Shown here in pieces: positions 62,801 to 64,000 of a stretch of DNA of 64,000 nucleotides (positions within the stretch are counted from its first letter, which is position 1; each line of letters begins with the position of its first letter). The position numbers and the translations under genes are program-made. The notes under the pieces were generated by a model that saw nothing but the letters and a program-made list of their open reading frames with translations, was not told where the DNA came from and ran no database searches. Source of the stretch: Picochlorum sp. SENEW3. Lineage: Eukaryota. The stretch covers positions 1 to 64,000 of the forward strand of contig CP120458.1 in assembly GCA_034226945.1 (NCBI GenBank). Direction: 5' to 3'.

Positions 62801-63993
62801 GACAATACGATGAGGCTGTTGCTTACTTTCGAACACACAGTCGTCCAGTTGTCCTCCCAGAAACGCCAGGTTCACTTGTCTCTACTTCCTTTGGCGATGA
62901 CCGAGTTCTGAGAATGCTGTGCAAAGATGGCTTGGTGCATTACTCTTGCCTGGGAGACTTAAGCTGCACATGCGACGCGAATGACGACGATATTTGCACG
63001 CACATCCAGGCACTGATGCATGGAGACAATGGAGAATGCCATCTGAACCTGGATCACATCATGGGTGCTGCAGACATTGTCCGAAGAGGACTTCAGCACG
63101 AGAATCCTGCGCCAGTCCAGAAAATGAGAGAAGATAGAACGAGCGACGAGCCCGTGGATGTCTACGAGTGCTGGCCAATCAGCTTTTATCTCACTGGAGA
63201 ATTTCCAGCAAAAGATTCAAACAAGAGACGCCTCCCATATTTTGTCAATGCCAGTGACAATATTTGCACATGCCATTGCTACAACCTGCTGTCTATATGT
63301 CCGCATCTCATAGGGCTTGGTTGTTCAAGCGAAGATGATTTGAGGGAAATCCTGAACCAGATGCAAGGCTCCCTCTCCATCAAGAAAAATAACGAGGTCA
63401 ATGAGGAATCGATCACGGCCCTGCAGGCGCAGTTGGAATTGGCACCTCACACACAAGATGACATTGCCTTGCCTAGAAGGGACGACGCATCGCGCACTAG
63501 TCAAAGGAGACACGCCAGTGGCCTCCTTTCTGACGCCATCAAAAGTATGAAAAGAGATTTTGATGCCATGGATGATCACGTGCAAATGCAATGGTTGAAC
63601 GACTTCATGTTACCTGCCGTGAATCAAATAAAAGTCTTCAAGGAGAAGCACGCTGCGAGCTCAAACAATAATTCCAGCCACGTCTCAGGATCGCGGGCGT
63701 TTGATTGCCGGGAAAATCGGTTTGTGACTCAGGTCAGGTTCTCTCGCCAGAGCTCCTCTGCTCCCAACTCGGATAACGCACTCTTCTCTGATGGTCTTGA
63801 ATATCTAGCTCAGTTTACAAGAAACACCGAAGAGGAAGAGTCGGTGGACATCGATGCCACTCCATGCCCACCACCTGCACCACCTGCTGGCCAGATTCCT
63901 CCCAATCCAGGAACTCTACCTCGGGGGACACATGTTGAGGCTACCCTCCGTAGTATCAGGGAAAATTTGCGTGACAACACCAATCGTCAATGA
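59848..63993 (+). pseudogene. MULE transposase with a long N-terminal extension and two SWIM fingers; two in-frame TAGs (61528-61530, 62548-62550)
   Basis: Three same-frame ORFs. C...C..(I)...GHTNH Zn-ribbon; IDACH.LN; GNGFPVAY; MLDK; LCIFHVMQAW; TNNLLERFF; CTC..CTH and CTC..CPH. Confidence 0.9.
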
Positions 63994-64000
63994 TGTGAAA

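Noticed and set aside
59848..63993. Alternative genetic code (TAG/TAA read as Gln) suggested by in-frame stops
   Set aside because: An in-frame TGA also occurs (29917), long ORFs such as ankyrin and pol have no internal TAR and end at TAG, and single substitutions (CAG>TAG, CGA>TGA) explain most cases.

Overview
Eukaryotic, repeat-saturated, heterochromatin-like window with no recognisable housekeeping gene; the organism cannot be identified from the sequence. It opens with ~49 near-identical copies of a 153-bp satellite (1-7501). The rest is a stack of nested mobile elements built on an unclassified, apparently non-coding repeat ('unit X'; at least 5 partial copies, three ending at the same base, ...CCCAGTAG). 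Insertions: a full-length Ty3/gypsy retrotransposon (matching 329-bp LTRs, AACCT TSD), a second 5'-truncated copy and a near-solo LTR; a truncated CMC/EnSpm transposase; a 1590-aa intronless ankyrin gene; a degenerate MULE with ~90-bp TIRs and a 9-bp TSD; two Helitron-type 3' ends; and a MULE transposase fused to a degenerate YqaJ-like domain. The two most novel items are: (i) three divergent KDZ (Kyakuja-Dileera-Zisupton)-type transposons, plus a fourth transposase fragment, each pairing the transposase with the same uncharacterised convergent coiled-coil gene, two of them bounded by CCA...TCTC ends and perfect 7-bp duplications; (ii) an intact, intronless McrC/LlaJI-like PD-(D/E)xK nuclease ORF with no McrB partner in view. 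All family calls come from motif recognition by eye, not from database searches.
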